DNA of 64,000 nt from Bilabrum cf. latius (taxonomy: Eukaryota). The position numbers and the translations under genes were made by a program. Under the pieces are notes generated by a model. That model was not told the DNA's origin, searched no databases, and worked only from the letters and a program-made list of their open reading frames with translations. How positions within the stretch are numbered: position 1 is the first letter of the stretch; each line of letters starts with the position of its first letter. Shown piece after piece: positions 37,601 through 51,200 of this stretch. The DNA lies in assembly GCA_965178125.1 (NCBI GenBank), contig OZ237741.1:310001-374000 (forward strand), in the 5' to 3' direction.

Positions 37601-40600
37601 CTACGTACAGCTGCGTAGCTTCAGCTGCATGGTCCAAGGAGAGAGGAGCCGCCAGTACGACGTGCACGTCCTCCGCTTCGCTCTCACCGCGCTCCACTGC
37701 AGCTACTAGGCACAGCTCGCAGTCCTCTGCAGAGCTCCCGACCGCTAGAGTGCAACCAGTCGTGATCTCAACGGGACCAGTATGCTCATCGTACCCCGGC
37801 AATCGTGCAGGCACGGGGCCCAAGCCAAGCTCCGCGAGCCCAGCCTCGAGGTCTGGGTCTATCGCTTGTCCAGACCGTTGCGATTTGCGCCTTGACGAGG
37901 ACCTGCCCCTGGTTCTACTGCGAGATCGAGAGGAGCGGCCCCTGCTTTCACTTCTGGCTCGCTGTGTCTTGCCCTTCTTACCCTTCTTTTTAGACGCTTC
38001 CTCGGCGGTGGCTGCAGGGACGATGCTCCCAGCAAGCCGAATGGTCCTGCTGCCCCTGGGCACGGACTGCTGGATGCCCACTGCATCGGAATACCTGCCC
38101 ACTGGCTTCCAATCGATGGCAAACGCACCGGTCGCTGCGTGCTGCGAACTTGAATCGGCACCACTGGCAGGCCCTGCTGCTCGCACCTGCTTGGAGGTAC
38201 CTTTGCTAGATGACCGATGATCGCGCGCCGTGTTCCCGTGGGTATGTGCACCGGCCTCATCGCCCCGGCTCGCAGACGCCGAACGCAGGGCATCCACGAT
38301 GGCTGAGGCTCGCAGCTCAGGTGCAGCCCTTGCCTCCACCCGCATAGACTCAAGCTCTTTCTCGGCTCGAGAGGCACGCTGCTCTGCGAGCTATTGGGCG
38401 GCCTTTGCAGCCTAAACTGCTACTTGCACCTGCTTCTAGCTCGCGTGTGAAGAGTCATTCGGCTCCTTGGACCTGTAAATCTGCAGAGGGGATACAGAAC
38501 GGCCGGCAGATGGCATCATATCTGATGTTCTCGACGTCCTGAGCGATCGATCAGCAGGTGCGCGCGCGTCCGTTACGCCACGCTGCGCCGGTGCACGCCC
38601 CTGCGTGTCTGCTTGGTGCGCGCGAGATTCCAGTCTGCCGTTGCCTTCCGCTACGTCAGTGTCATCAGTGTGCAAACTGGCAAGCTCTAGGGCGCACTAC
38701 AGCTGAACGTACTGCTCGCGGACTGCACTGAGAGTTGCACTGCCAGGCAGCACCAACTTGCCGTCGCTGCTTCGCTGCCATCCGCACGCCAGCAGCAACC
38801 CGGTACCACTGAGATGGTCGCCAGCAAAGCTTGGCAATCGACCCATGGCGTCCACAAAGGCTCGCGAGTCGGCATTCACCCGGCGCCACTTGGGCTCGTC
38901 GGGGTTCTCGATCACCTTGCCGAGTACTTTGCTCGCTAGGGACAAGGCGCGCTTCCATTGGTACCACGCAGAATCGTCGGGTTTGTCGCGTTGCAACGAT
39001 GCAATCGCACTCGATCTCAGCTGGGCCCTCGCAGCCCGTGCAGCACCTTGCACAGCTGCCATCACTCCGCAACCCACGCTTGCGCAGTCAGGCACGCCAC
39101 TGATCTCGCCGATACGCGCCTCGGTCCGCACTCTGTCAAGCATGCGCTGGAGCACTGAGCGCACCGAGGGCGGAAGCGAGGTCCAAGTCTCGGATTCTCC
39201 CGGCAAGAAGCGCAGCCACACAGCCCCACCCGGCGGTTTGCTGTCAACTCCATCCGCATCACCGGCATCTTTGCTCTCGCCTGCGCCTGCACCGCTGGCC
39301 AGCTCGGTAGAAGCGTCCGCGACCGGTACCAGCCCCACAGCGCGCAATAGAGCAGCTGACACGCTGCACTGCAGCAAGGCACTGTTCAGGACTAGGACTG
39401 GCCTGCGGTGCCAGTCAATCACACGAGCCGCAGTTGATTCGAGCTATGCCCTTGCTGGGGCCTCCTCAGCGTACTGTGCTGGGTCCTGGATGGCCAGCAC
39501 CTGCCACCGCTAGCTGTCGTATTCGTCCGCGAGTACCCAGCGCAGGAAAGCTCCCAGCTGCTTGAGAAGTCTTACGGCAGGGCTTGAACCCGCACTAAGA
39601 CGAACCAGTCCAATGGCTGCGGGAATCGAGCTGCCAGTCCCGAGCGACGGGCCGGCTGCCTCCTGCAGAAGCTGGCCCGCTTGCAGGGCAGGGCTTGAGT
39701 CCTCCGGTGCGCCAGGCAGCTGTGGGGCAGGCGGCACAAATCGATGCCTGAAGGCCAAGGCAAAATCATTGATGCCTACCTGACCGTCGCGATCAATGTC
39801 CATATCAGCTACAAATCGCTCCCCGCTTGCCTCGGCCTCCTCCGGCGGCAGCCTTTTCTGCATAGCATAGACCCATGTGGCGTCCTCCCTGGACACGGCA
39901 CCCAGTCCGCGCCGATCCCACAGTTTGAATTGCGACACGAGGCACTCTGCCTACGCTGTTGACATGCCATGCGATGGGAATACCGCCTTGGAGTGCCTTT
40001 GACCCGCTCGGCGGGGCGAGCCCTCGCGGCTGCTGCGAGAGTGTCCACGGCTTCGGCTGCTCTTTCTACCAGCAGCCGTCTGTCCAGCACGTCTGCTGCC
40101 TGGTTCAACCCCACCTCCCGGGTTTTCGTTCACTAGCGATAGCACCATTGCCACCTGTGCGCCTTCGGATGCATGACGCCCTGTGACACCACCCGCGCTA
40201 GATTGCTTGGCATCGACCCGGCGGCCTGAGCTATTCCTCGATCTGCTTCTGCCTGATCCGCGTCCAGTCGTGCCTTCCTTGCTTTGGTGACCGCTTCGTC
40301 CCCGGCTTTTTGGTCGCCTCGAAGGCTCCATTGCGATCTCTTCCTTTGACTTGTCATCAGGCTGATCCCCGTGCCTCTCAATGGCGCGCTCTAGCTCGCT
40401 GATAGCCTTCTCAAGGTCTGCTCGCCTAACTAAAAGCATCTGTAAGGTGCTGTCTGGCAGCTCCGGAAACTTGAAGGGCCTCACACCCATATCACCATTG
40501 ATATTTGAGCCCCGCCGGCTGGACTTTGCACGGTGCCGGCTGGAATCTCGATCGGGTACGTCACTGTCGGAGTCGAGGAAGGCGGAGCCACCACGCACCG

Positions 40601-43082
40601 TGAAGTGCTTCGGAAGGGCTTCCCATGGAACTTGCAGGGCCTGCACGCCGGACTCGTCTCTCGAGTTACGCCTGCTTCGATTGCGCGATGCAGCGCGACT
40701 CGACCGAGCGGAGGCCCCACGCTGTCTCCTGCCCGGCCGGCCGGCTCCTTGCTGATGACTTTTATCGAGCTTGGGCGGCTGCAGCGCCGATTCCAGGTCA
40801 CCGCCACCAGGCGCAAAGCAGCACGATTCCATGAGCCTCCGCGCCGGCAGACCCCCGAGCACAGCCATCTTGTCCTGGAACACGGGATTGCGGCACGGTA
40901 CGCGCCACGCCCTCGAGTCTCGGGGGTTCGCGAGAACGTTGGTCACGTATCGAAGCCCCAATCGACAGGCCATTGAGGCTGCTACTCTCCCCTTGGTCTG
41001 CACCGCCAACCGCACCGCAGCCCCAAGGCGGGGGGACCCCTCAGCGATCTCGAGCTGCGTCTCGAGACCAACGCGGGCTGCGACTGCGGACCTCACAGAT
41101 GCATCTGACAGCTACTGCACTGGCGCCCCGCTCGAGTCGTGCCCAGCTTCGAAAATGTACGTCGTGATTGGATCGCCGTCCCTGTGGTGGGCATCCAGGG
41201 GCACAAACCCGGCAGCGGCAAGCAGCCCATCGCCCCCCTGCAGCCTCAGCACCGCATGGCCAAGCAGACCCTCCTCACCCACGTACCTCCAGCACCTCGC
41301 ATCGTCCCGTGGGCCGTCAATGATGCGATCCAACATCTCGCACACTGTCCTAAGCGCCGTTCGCGCATCGGCTGGCGCGTTATCCATCCTGATCCTGGCA
41401 GAAGCTTGCTCCACTGTCGGTTTTGAGTCCCTCTCCTCGACTACTTGGTGGAAACAAGAAAGAAACTCCAAGAAGGCTACCGGGCCGCTATCTTCGCTGG
41501 AGCCGCGGGCGTACTGCTGGAGCCGCCCTGCGGCATCCTCGTCTCTAGCCACCGGCTGCCTGCCCGCAGCCTGCAGCACGTGCCTCCAGGCGGAGAGGGG
41601 AAGGGCACCGAACTCGTCAGGTATGCTAGCAGCGATCCCGCGAAGGTCACCTGAGGCAGCCTTCGACGCAGCATCAAGTAGTGCAGACGAACTCAGTTCA
41701 GAGGTGGGTGAGCGCTGAGACGCAGACGCAAAGGCGCACGCCAATGCTGCAATCATGCCCTGCTGTCCGATTGGCCGGCCTGCGGACAGCCGCCTCAGCG
41801 TGTGCCCGCACGATGTTGCCTGCAGCCCAGACCCAGAGCATGACGAACATTTCGTGATGTCTCGTTCAGCTGAGCTCCCATCATCTTGCTGCGGCATGTC
41901 CATCGATTTCCCGTCTCGCAAGGTGCCCATGCCACCACAGGCAGCGCACGATTCTTTGAGGAGCAGCTCGCCGCACAGCTATCTGATGGATGGGAGCTAC
42001 CCACGAAGCTGCCTTGGCTCCTCCTGATCTGTGACCTTCCGGCTGGGAGGCCCCTCCTCCGTTCCAAGAAGCGCGGACAGACCCATCGGCTCGCCCCCCT
42101 CTGTGCGAGCACCGTCACCAGGCGACAATGACCGTCCACGCCTGTGAAGAGGGCCGATCATTGACTCGCGTACAACTTCCCTGTCATCCCGCCTATCTCC
42201 ATCGTCATCATACGTGTCTACCGGAGCCAGGCCTAGGACCCGCCTGACAGAGTCTGCACCGGAGTGCCTTCGGCTTCGTGACTGCCTTCCATCCTCTGAG
42301 ACAGACGAGCGCAGATCCACGAACGCCCTAGCAAACTCGCCCAGCGCCAGCACGTCCTCCTCGTGTAGCCCACACTATCTCCTCCAGCTGCCTAGAGAGC
42401 TCACTGCGGGGCTGAGCTGCAGCTCCCGCAGCGCCGCAGGCAGTCTCACCACCGGCAAGACTCGAATGCGAACGACCGGCTGCTCCGAAACAGACCTGCT
42501 GGACATTGAGTCTGCCCTGAGATGCATCGCAGTCGAGTGCTTCAGGAACGCATCCTCAACACGCTCCAGTAGGCGATGGCCCAGCCCTCGTGCCCAGCCT
42601 TCTTCCCGCCACTGCCCGCCATACCTCGTGGCCCCGCTGCCCACCACTCGCAGACGCCTCACCAGCCTACGTCCGCCCCCAGCCGCGCTGCCCTCCAAGT
42701 CATCGAGAGCGATTCCTCCTATAGACATCTCGTCCCTCCCATCGCCGTACGGCACTCGCTCGTCATAGGAACTATACCGACCTCTGTCCCTGTCCCTGTC
42801 CCTAGATCCGAGGAGGTCGTGCAGCCGGTCCCTGTCTCGCCTGCTGCCCCCGGATGGCCCGCCGCGGAACATCCCCCGCAGTTCATCGATGCGATCGTCG
42901 TGGTAGTCATCAGCGCGCCCACCGAGCAGGCTCGCAAGCTAGTCCCGTCGCCTGCCGCCGGAATGGTCCCTGAGCACATCATGTAGCTGGCGCAGGTCAC
43001 CCCTCCGGTCCGATGGCATCCCTGACGCGAGCTCGTCCAAGTCGGCGGCACCAAGGCCGAAGTTGTCGCTTCGTCCGCGCGA

Positions 43083-43119
<37 letters not shown>

Positions 43120-44924
43120 CGGTCGCGGTCGCCGCCAAGTACAGAGCGTAAGCCGTCGAGCCTGCCGCCGCCCCTGTCCCGGTCCCTTGAGTCGCCCCTA
43201 CCGCGGTAACGATCCTAGTCTCTATCACTGCTGTACCGTCTATCCCTATCCGTATCGGACCCTTTTCCACCCAGAATACCGCTAAGTCCATCCTTGCTGC
43301 GGTCCCTCTCGCCCCTTCGCCTGCCTCCGTCGCTACTGTCATCACCCAGCAAGTCGCCAAGCAGGCCGGACTTGCCTCCCTTCGTGCCCCTACCGCTGTC
43401 CCTTTCCCTGTCGCGGTCCTGGTCGCGGCTAGACCGTGGAGGCCGCCCCCCCCGGTCCTCTTTGCCCAGCAAGCTGCCCAGGCGATCGCCAGATCCACCC
43501 CTGGATGGCTTCCTGTCTCCTAGCAGCCCATCAAGCGCCTTTGGTGACCTGCGATCCGGCTTTGCATCGCTGTCCGAGTCGAGGCTGTCTCCGCCCAAAA
43601 GGCTACCGAGGCCGGAGCCTTTCTTTTTCTGTGCATCTAGCTTATCCTTCGCGCTCCGCAACCCGCCCTTCCTATCCTTGTCATCGTCAGCACCGAGCAG
43701 AGAGCCCAGCAGGCCGTCCTTGCTGCCTGTTTTCTTGCTGGAAGACTCGCCGTTATCCCCGGCCTTGCCTTTCGCCTTACTAAGCATGCCCTCTAGAGGG
43801 TCAGTATCGCTGTCGGAGCCTTTCTCTCGCGACTTCCTCCCTTGTTTTCCGGCGCTCACGCTCACGGCGCCCCCGCCCTTCGTCTTGCCTGGATCGCCAA
43901 GCATGGAGCTGAGTGCATCCTGACCGCCTTCGGAGCTACCACCACCGGACCCGCCTTTGCTGCTTCCCTTATCCTTTGCGAGCATAGTAGCTAGGTCAGA
44001 AGCCCCTTTCGTGGGTTCCTCCTTCTCTTCAACCTATCTCGCCCGGGCTAGGGGCACGTTCCTGAGCTTCTCGCCTGTAGTGTCCAGCTTCACGTCCACG
44101 CTGCCATCCCGGTGCACCCTGTACACGGTGCACTTGATCCACGGCGAGCTGGACAAGGAGCTCCGTTTTACCTCAATAGTGTCCTGCAGCTTGTAGGGCT
44201 TGCTGCCTTTCTTCTTTGCTGCAGCCTTGTCGCCATCCAAGTCCACTGTGGACGGCTCTGACCCGACCGTGCCGGCCGTATCTGCGCGCTTCATGGGCTC
44301 CTTCGGCCCTGCCTTGTCGCCCTTGCCCCCGCCTTCTTTCGCATCGGAGGCGGCTGCGCCGCCATCAGCGGCCTTGGCCTCGCCCTCTTTGAGCTGGAAC
44401 CTGTCCTTGTTTTTGATTGTCAGAGTGAGGGCGCCACCCGTGTCCTCGCGAGTGAGCCGCAGAGTGTCCCCGGTGCGGCTTTCCACTCGCACAGGGACCC
44501 ATCTCCTGCCGAATTTGTACTGGCCAGTGCTGCCGGCTGAGGCGTCGGGGTGCAGTGAATCGGTAGAATCCGAAGCTTTGATCGACGTGGCTGCCTCACT
44601 AGAATCCGCCTTTGCTGCCTCTGATTGAGAAGACGGGGGACCAGATTGTGATGCGTGACACTTTCGAGCAATTCGCTCAAGTTGGCTCCATGAAATTCGA
44701 CCGCCAGCAGTGATGCCTAGCTCTCTGCAGATTTCAGGCAGGCTTGGACCACCCCTCATCGAGATACCAGCTTTCCGGAGCGTACCAGGGACTCGGTGGA
44801 AACCTATCTATTTTTCGCTACCAGACCCATCATCGTGCAGTTTGCCAACAGACCTCGACTAATACTCGCGTTTGAGTGCAGCTAAAATTTTGTCCGGCAG
44901 CTCTGGAAGGGCAGCTGACGCCAT
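25692..44924 (-). CDS. Giant intronless multidomain protein (~6410 aa): EF-hand(-like) units, Tudor/Agenet-like domain, RD-rich tract, three PUB-like domains, helical repeats
   Basis: 24 consecutive track ORFs (26583 to 44034) share one frame and all end in TAG; hand-checked gaps contain no TAA/TGA. ATG 44924, TGA 25692. PUB-like segments KVLGKVIENPDEPKWRRVNADSRAF, RYVTNVLANPRDSRAWRVPCRNPVF and EMLDRIIDGPRDDARCWR. EF-hand DIDRDGQVGINDF. Confidence 0.85.
43083..43117. repeat. (CCTGTC)n hexamer repeat encoding an Arg-Asp dipeptide run on the minus strand
   Basis: cctgtccctgtccctgtccctgtccctgtccctgt; translates to DRDRDRDR in the giant-gene frame. Confidence 0.85.
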
Positions 44925-45225
44925 CGCAGCGTAGAACTGTCTTCACGACAATACGCGAAGAGTGTTTGGTGATTTATGGTCAGATTCTCAGCCCTTCGCA
45001 GCAAAGTCAATAGATGAAGGCTTGAGTTGCCGTAGAACCCAAAACGGTTCGAAATTTGTTTGTAGCGTGCCGGCAGGCGGACGAAAAAAACGGATTGCTT
45101 GGGATGCAACTTTGCTGCTGCACACCGGTATTTATTGGATAGTTCGTACATTCGACTGCCAAATCGAAAGATTACTAGTAGAGTAACGCGCTTGTTTGTG
45201 TTTCGTATCCCATTAATCAAAGAAC

Positions 45226-48089
45226 ATGGAGAAGTCTGCGTCAGTTGATGTTCCCCCCACTGCTGGCGGAAGTTCGAGCTCTGGCAGCCTTGGTTAGTGA
45301 TAGACATTATACGTACAGCTACCAGAGCATTCAAATTGACAATTAGTTTGCTGTGTGCCTTTTATGATTGATTTTTTCCACATTTGCGTTCGAACACTGC
45401 GCGCAGAAAGCCAGCAAGTGCTCACAGCCCTGCGCAACCAGGTTGAGTACTATCTGTCGAAGGAAAATTTGGCAGGAGATCAGTTTTTGGTTCAGAAAAT
45501 GGACCCCAGCTGCTATGTTGACCTAGCGGTCCTCGCTGACGTGAGAAAGTGGCCAGAGAATTCAGCTGCACTGGAGAAACAATGGCTGTAGAATCCCCTT
45601 CTGTGCTGCATTCCAAGTCCCGCTTGACGCAGTTCCCCAAGCTGAGAGTTATGGGACAACCCATCGACCGCATTCGCCAGGCTCTCGCGGGCTCAACCAC
45701 AGTCGAGCTCAGCGCCGACGGCAGCAAGGTCAGGCCTGTCCTGCCAAAGCAGCCGGCGGTGATCATCATCCGCGACGCGCCCGCAGGCACGACTGCAGAG
45801 AACATACGCGAGGTTTTCTCCGTGGACGGAGCCAAGGAACCGGAGAGCATCAAGGAGGAAATGAAGGGAACTTTCTTTGTCACCATGCAGTCGGACGAGG
45901 ATGCCCAGGCGACAACCCAGGCATGGGAGGCGGCCAAGCCCGTGGTGCTCGGCGAGCCTCTGCACTATCGCCTCAAGGCCAAAAACCACCTGAGAGCCCT
46001 GCTCGGCGGGGCACAGCCGGCGGCAACCAGTGGCCTTGCCGGTGCTGCCGTCCACGCAAAGCCGTTTGTTCCCACCGCAGGCGGAATCCCGACCTTCCGC
46101 CCTAGGGTAGACGCTCGCGCATTTGTGCCTCCGGGGGGCGTAGGGGCTGGGGCTGGCGGGTTTGGTTTCGGTGGAGGGGGCGACTTCAGCGCGATGGGTG
46201 GCGCACCGCAGGGTGGCATGGGCTTTGGTGGCGGCAGCGGCAGCAGTGGCGGCATGGGTTTCGGCGCTCCAGGAGGCATGGGCTTCGGATTTCCGGGAAT
46301 GGGTGGCATGGGGGTCACGGGCGGGTTGCGTGCAGCCACTGGAACGACAGACGGTGCTATCGCCCTGACCGGCCAGCAGCAGCTCCCGTCGGGCGCTCCT
46401 GCCAACATCCCTGCGTTCGCCAACCTGCCTGGCTTTGCAGGGAATCCGGCGCTGGCCGCAGCCGCGGTAGCAGCGGCCGCAGCGGCCGCTGCCGGCGCCC
46501 AGCGCGCCTCTGCCCCCAAGCCGGCATACACTGTGGACGAGCTCATGTCGGTATTTCGACGCATTGACAAGGGAGAGCTGAGCCTGCCTCACGAGATGAG
46601 AGGAGATAAGGACGCCGCCGTCGTGCGGAAGACCCCGGACATGGGTCTTCTCGTGCGTCAGCGCAGTGCCAGTATGGACCAGGTGGTGCAGAAGGGCAGG
46701 CCCAGGATTGCTTCGGTCGCATCGGTCGACTCTGTGGATTATAACAACGTCATGTACGGAGAGGAGCGCAAGAGGCGCGGATCTTCCATGGCGCAGGACC
46801 TCGCAAGAGCTGCGAGGGAGCCGCAAGCACCCCCAGGCCAGGTGGCCGCCACTCTGGCGGGATCCGCCGCCTCGTCCGCAACGGCAGGATCTGGCGGCAT
46901 GCCTAACTTTTTCGGGATGACGCCGCCGCCTGGCGCCATGATGGTGGGAGGTGGAGGCTCCGGCGGATGGGGCTCTCGGCAGTCGCGCAAGGGAGGCCGG
47001 AAAGGAAACGCCGCGGGGGGGAAAGGATCTCCCGCTCAGGGGCAGGGCAAGCGAAAGGGGGCCGCTGGTGGTAAGGGCGGGAAGGGCGCTCACAACCGGG
47101 CCCCGCAGGCGCCTGCAGCCTTCCAGAAGCGAAGGCAGTCTGGAGCAGCCGATGGAGCGCAGGGCACACCTCCTCCCAGGAGCGGGGGGAAGGGCTCTGC
47201 TGCGCGTGACAGGTCGAACAGCTGGCGGGACCAGCTAGGCTCGCCTCAGGGCGGCACAGGCGCGAGCACGACCACTCCCGGAAAGGCGGTCAATGGGGCA
47301 GACAGGGGACGCCAGGGGTCTGCGAGCAGAACGCTCGCATCGTCGGCGACAGCAGCTGCAGGCGGATCCAAGGCAGCCGTCCCGCCTCAGGCCGCAGTGC
47401 AGGGGCAGGGCAAGGGCAAGTCCGGATCGGGGGCCCCATCTGCTGGCGCCAGCAACGGGTCTGCGCGAGGAACTCCGAGCAAGAGCACGGGCGGCGCAGC
47501 CGCCACAGCTCCTGCGGGTGGCTCGGGATCGACGGGAGGCTGGAAGGGCATGATCCAGCGCGCTGGCCCAGTTCCGAAGTTAGGAGAGGGGACTCCTCGA
47601 CGGAGCAAGCCAGCCGGAGCACCTGCCAGTGCTGGCGGCGCATCCCCATCGGAGACTGGTGGTGCGGCTGCGGCTGGCGGCAGGGGTACCCCGAGCAGGC
47701 GCAAGGGCGGCAAGGGTGGCAAGGGTGGCAAAGGGGACAGGAAACGAGCGGGTGCTGCCGCTGAAGGGGGGGCCAAGAGCGGCGGCAAGGGTGAGGGTCG
47801 GTCTGGGAAACAGTCCAGCGGGAAAGGCTCCGCAGGTTCTGGCGCTGCGCCCGCGGGTGCCTCGCCGGTAGCGGCTGCCAACTCAAAGCCGGCCGGCAAG
47901 ACGTGGCGCGCAATCGCGACTGGTTCCGGATCGCCCGGCGGGGCTTCCCCTGTCAAGCCAGTCAAGGTGGCTGCCGGTGGCGAGAGCAAGCCCGTGGTAG
48001 GGAAAGCCCATGAGGCTGGTGGCAAGGCCCCGGCTGCTGTTGCGGCCAAGGAGCCAGCCGGTAAGGGCCCGGAGGGCTCGTGGCGGTGA
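45226..48089 (+). CDS. La-related RNA-binding protein (LARP4-like: La motif, RRM-like domain, G/A-rich disordered tail), 3 exons
   Basis: La motif LRNQVEYYLSKENLAGDQFLVQKM...FPKL...VRP; RRM-like VIIIRDAP...TFFVTM; PAM2-like AKPFVP and ARAFVP. Introns 45293-45406 and 45541-45632. Ends in TGA; no TAG. Confidence 0.85.
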
Positions 48090-48255
48090 ACGAGGGTCGA
48101 GAGGTTCACCTCGGGCAGCAATGCCATCAAACATAGGCCCACTAGTTGAAGGGATAATACAGTCAGTGATTCTTGGACAGGAAGATTGGTTGAGTCTGGC
48201 TCGCGTCAGTCTAATTTATATTTTTCGGGTGCAGCCACAGGGCGCGCGCAGCCTT

Positions 48256-51200
48256 TCACGAAGTTTCCATCGCTTGCTAACCGGATGCAGCTCCACCTTG
48301 TGCAGCAGATCCACTCCCAGCAGCGGCAGATGAGCTGCTGCTGCTGCTGCTACTGCTACTGCTGCTGGAGCTGGAGCTCACTGTAGCGACCGCTCCAGAT
48401 CTGTCTGCGGACGACTACTAGTGCTGCTGCGTTGCCAAACTAGCAGCCCTCTCCAGCTTATCCTAAACGCTCGAATCGTAGTGCTCCGGCATTTCGCAGA
48501 CCCACTCCCATATTTCACCGTTCCTTGGCTTGGCATCTTCGCATTGCTTGACTACCTAGCGACGGCTCTCCTCTTCGCCCTGGTCTCGCTCGAAAGCTAG
48601 CCAGAAAGCCCAGCCGTCCCCGTACCGTGGATCAATCGCAACAGCGCGGGAAAACCATCGCCTGGCCTTGTCGTAGCTTCGGTCTCTCCAAAGGAGAGCA
48701 GCAACCCTAGTGATCACGATCGGATTGCGGTCAAGCGTCCGGGCCGCCTGCACCGCTACGCCCTTCTGCTGTGCCCGAGGGGTCCGACTGATCTTCTCTG
48801 CCCACAGCAAGCCGCTCTTGGGGACCGCCTTGAGTCCTTTGGCAAGCAGGCTGTCGCCGGCCTTCTCCTGGCCGTGTCTTGCCTCCAGCCTGACACCCTC
48901 CACCCATAGCGCCTCGAGGTCAGGGTGCCTCTGCCTCCCGCTCTCAAGCAGAGAACGTGCTTTGGCGGGGCCGCTCCCCAGCCCCCCTTCGGAAACTGGT
49001 CTCTCTAGCAGGCGCGCTGCTCCGAGCCACACCCCTGCCGCTCCCGGGCACGCGCGGATCCCACGCTTATACGTTTCCATGGCATGCTGCACCTTGCCCC
49101 GTGAAGCAGCAGCCGCAGAAGAGGGCTTGCCATTCGCTAGCTCCATCGCCTGGGCCTCGTACAGCCGCCCTAATAGAATCCACAGGTCAGCGGCCTTGCC
49201 AAACTTGCTGATCCCGTCCGTGATCACGGCCTCGGCGTCTCCCAACCTGCCCTGCGACCTAAGAAGCCGCGCTAGCTTCAGCCACACTTCTACTGACGCT
49301 GCCGATGACTGCGCTCGGCGGAGAAGCGCCTCGGCGCGATCTGTGTGACCGGCTGACTTCTCCAAGCTGGACGCCGCGAGCCACAGAGGGCTGGACTTCG
49401 GATTGGCCCTGATCGCCTCTGCTAGCACCTTCCTGGCATCATCAAGGCTGCTCGATTCACGGAGGTGGTGCGCGTACAGCATCCAGAGCTCTTGCGAGCC
49501 TGGGCACGCCTGCACCGCCTCCTGCAGCAGCGCTGTGGCCGCCTCAGGAGTACCGTCTCGGCGCTCGAGGGCGACTGCCTGGGCCCACACGTTCTTCTGG
49601 TCGGGGTACGCCTTGAGGACCGACGCGTAGCACGCCCTGGAGCATGCGACAAAACCCTGCATCTCAAACTGAGCTGCATCGGCCAGCCACGTGCGAAGCC
49701 TGTCTGCTTCCTCAACCCCGAGTCCCACCGTCGCTCGCACGATTGCAGCCGCAGTGAGAGGACTGCTGGCACCCTCCGCCTTCCTGGCGTGCTCAAGCCA
49801 GTTGGCCCTGCTGATGATGGCTCCACGGGCCGACAGAGATTTCACCGCCATTCCTACCACCTTGTCAATGTTGGCCGCCTTGCCCTTGGCCTCTTCTAGC
49901 TCCGCTGCTGTGATCCAAATCTGCGGTTCAGTTGGGTTCGCCTTCCTTGCCTTGTTTAAGACCTTGCGAGCGTTCTCATAGGTCTCAATTCTGGCGAGAG
50001 CAAGCCAAAGCTCGACCGCGCTGGGGATTTGCTCCACGGCTGCGGCGAGGAGCAGCCTCGCTTCTGCCTCGTCTTCGAGCTCGACTGCCGCTTTCCAAAG
50101 CTGCACGCTACCAGGGATACTTTCGATGGCAGCGCGCAGCACTGCCTTCTTGCCAGCAGCGGTGTTTTCGAGCTCCGACGCAGTGAGCCAGATCTTGACT
50201 GAGTTTGGCACATTGCGCACTGCCTCTGCCAGGATCCCTTGAGCCTGATCAGGGGGCAGTAACGTGGCGGCTTCCACCCACACGTCCTCGCTGGAAGGGC
50301 ACGCCTTTGTGCCGTCGAGGATGAGTTTACGTGCCGCGGTTGTCTTGCCCACACTCGCCTCAAACCTGGCTGCTGTGATCCAGGCCATAGGCTGGGACGA
50401 GTTGGTCGCAACCAGGCTGCGGAGCACTTCTCTGGTCTGGTCTACGTCAGTGACAGAGCCGGACGCGGCGGCCCGTGTCATGCTCGTCTGCAGCTGGGAC
50501 GCGTACCCAGCGGGGTCGAGCACGCTCTGCCCCCCAACCTGCGCCCCTGCTGCCGCCAGCGTGCTCTCCAAGCGCTTTGCCCTGGCATTATTCAATGTAA
50601 TGGATGACGGTGTGGTGCTCATCGTCGATGCTAGGCCCGTGGCGGAATCGGTGCCAGCACCGGAAGCAGCCGCTGATGAGGAGGCAGAGCCACCGAGGGG
50701 CACGCCATCGGGCGCCTCTTGCGCGCTAGAAGGCTGCCCTGGCGGCTGGGCGGCAATGCCAGCGCCTTGTAGTAATATGCTGTCTGGCACTGGGACGAAC
50801 GACTCTTTCTGGCTCCCGCGGTCCTCTCGATTTCGAGCTCTCGCCCCGCTTTCCTCGGGAATCGATTCCCAGTCTGTCATGCTCATGGATGACAATGATT
50901 GCTTTGCATTGGCATGTTGTTCTGCAATGGAAATCGCACCTGTTGCGCGGCTTCGCTTGGCGCTTTCGCCCATCCTGCTGCTAGGACCTTGAGCTTCATC
51001 GTCTGCGCCCCTCTTTCGCTTCCTCCTTCGGACGGCCTCATCCACACTGGCATACACCTGGTCCGCCTCCAGGTCTTCTGCATCTGCGCCTCTTGGTTGC
51101 CCGCCCTGGCCGACTGGATCGGGCCCGTCTCCGCCGCTACCATCCGCAAGGCCAGTTGCCCCGCGTCCGCGTCCAGGCACGTAGCCAGTCGGTGGTGCAC

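Noticed and set aside
25639-48142. Many long antisense ORFs (e.g. 25639-26526, 40771-41718, 45693-47093)
   Set aside because: They are shadow ORFs opposite real genes in GC-rich DNA and have no recognisable motifs.
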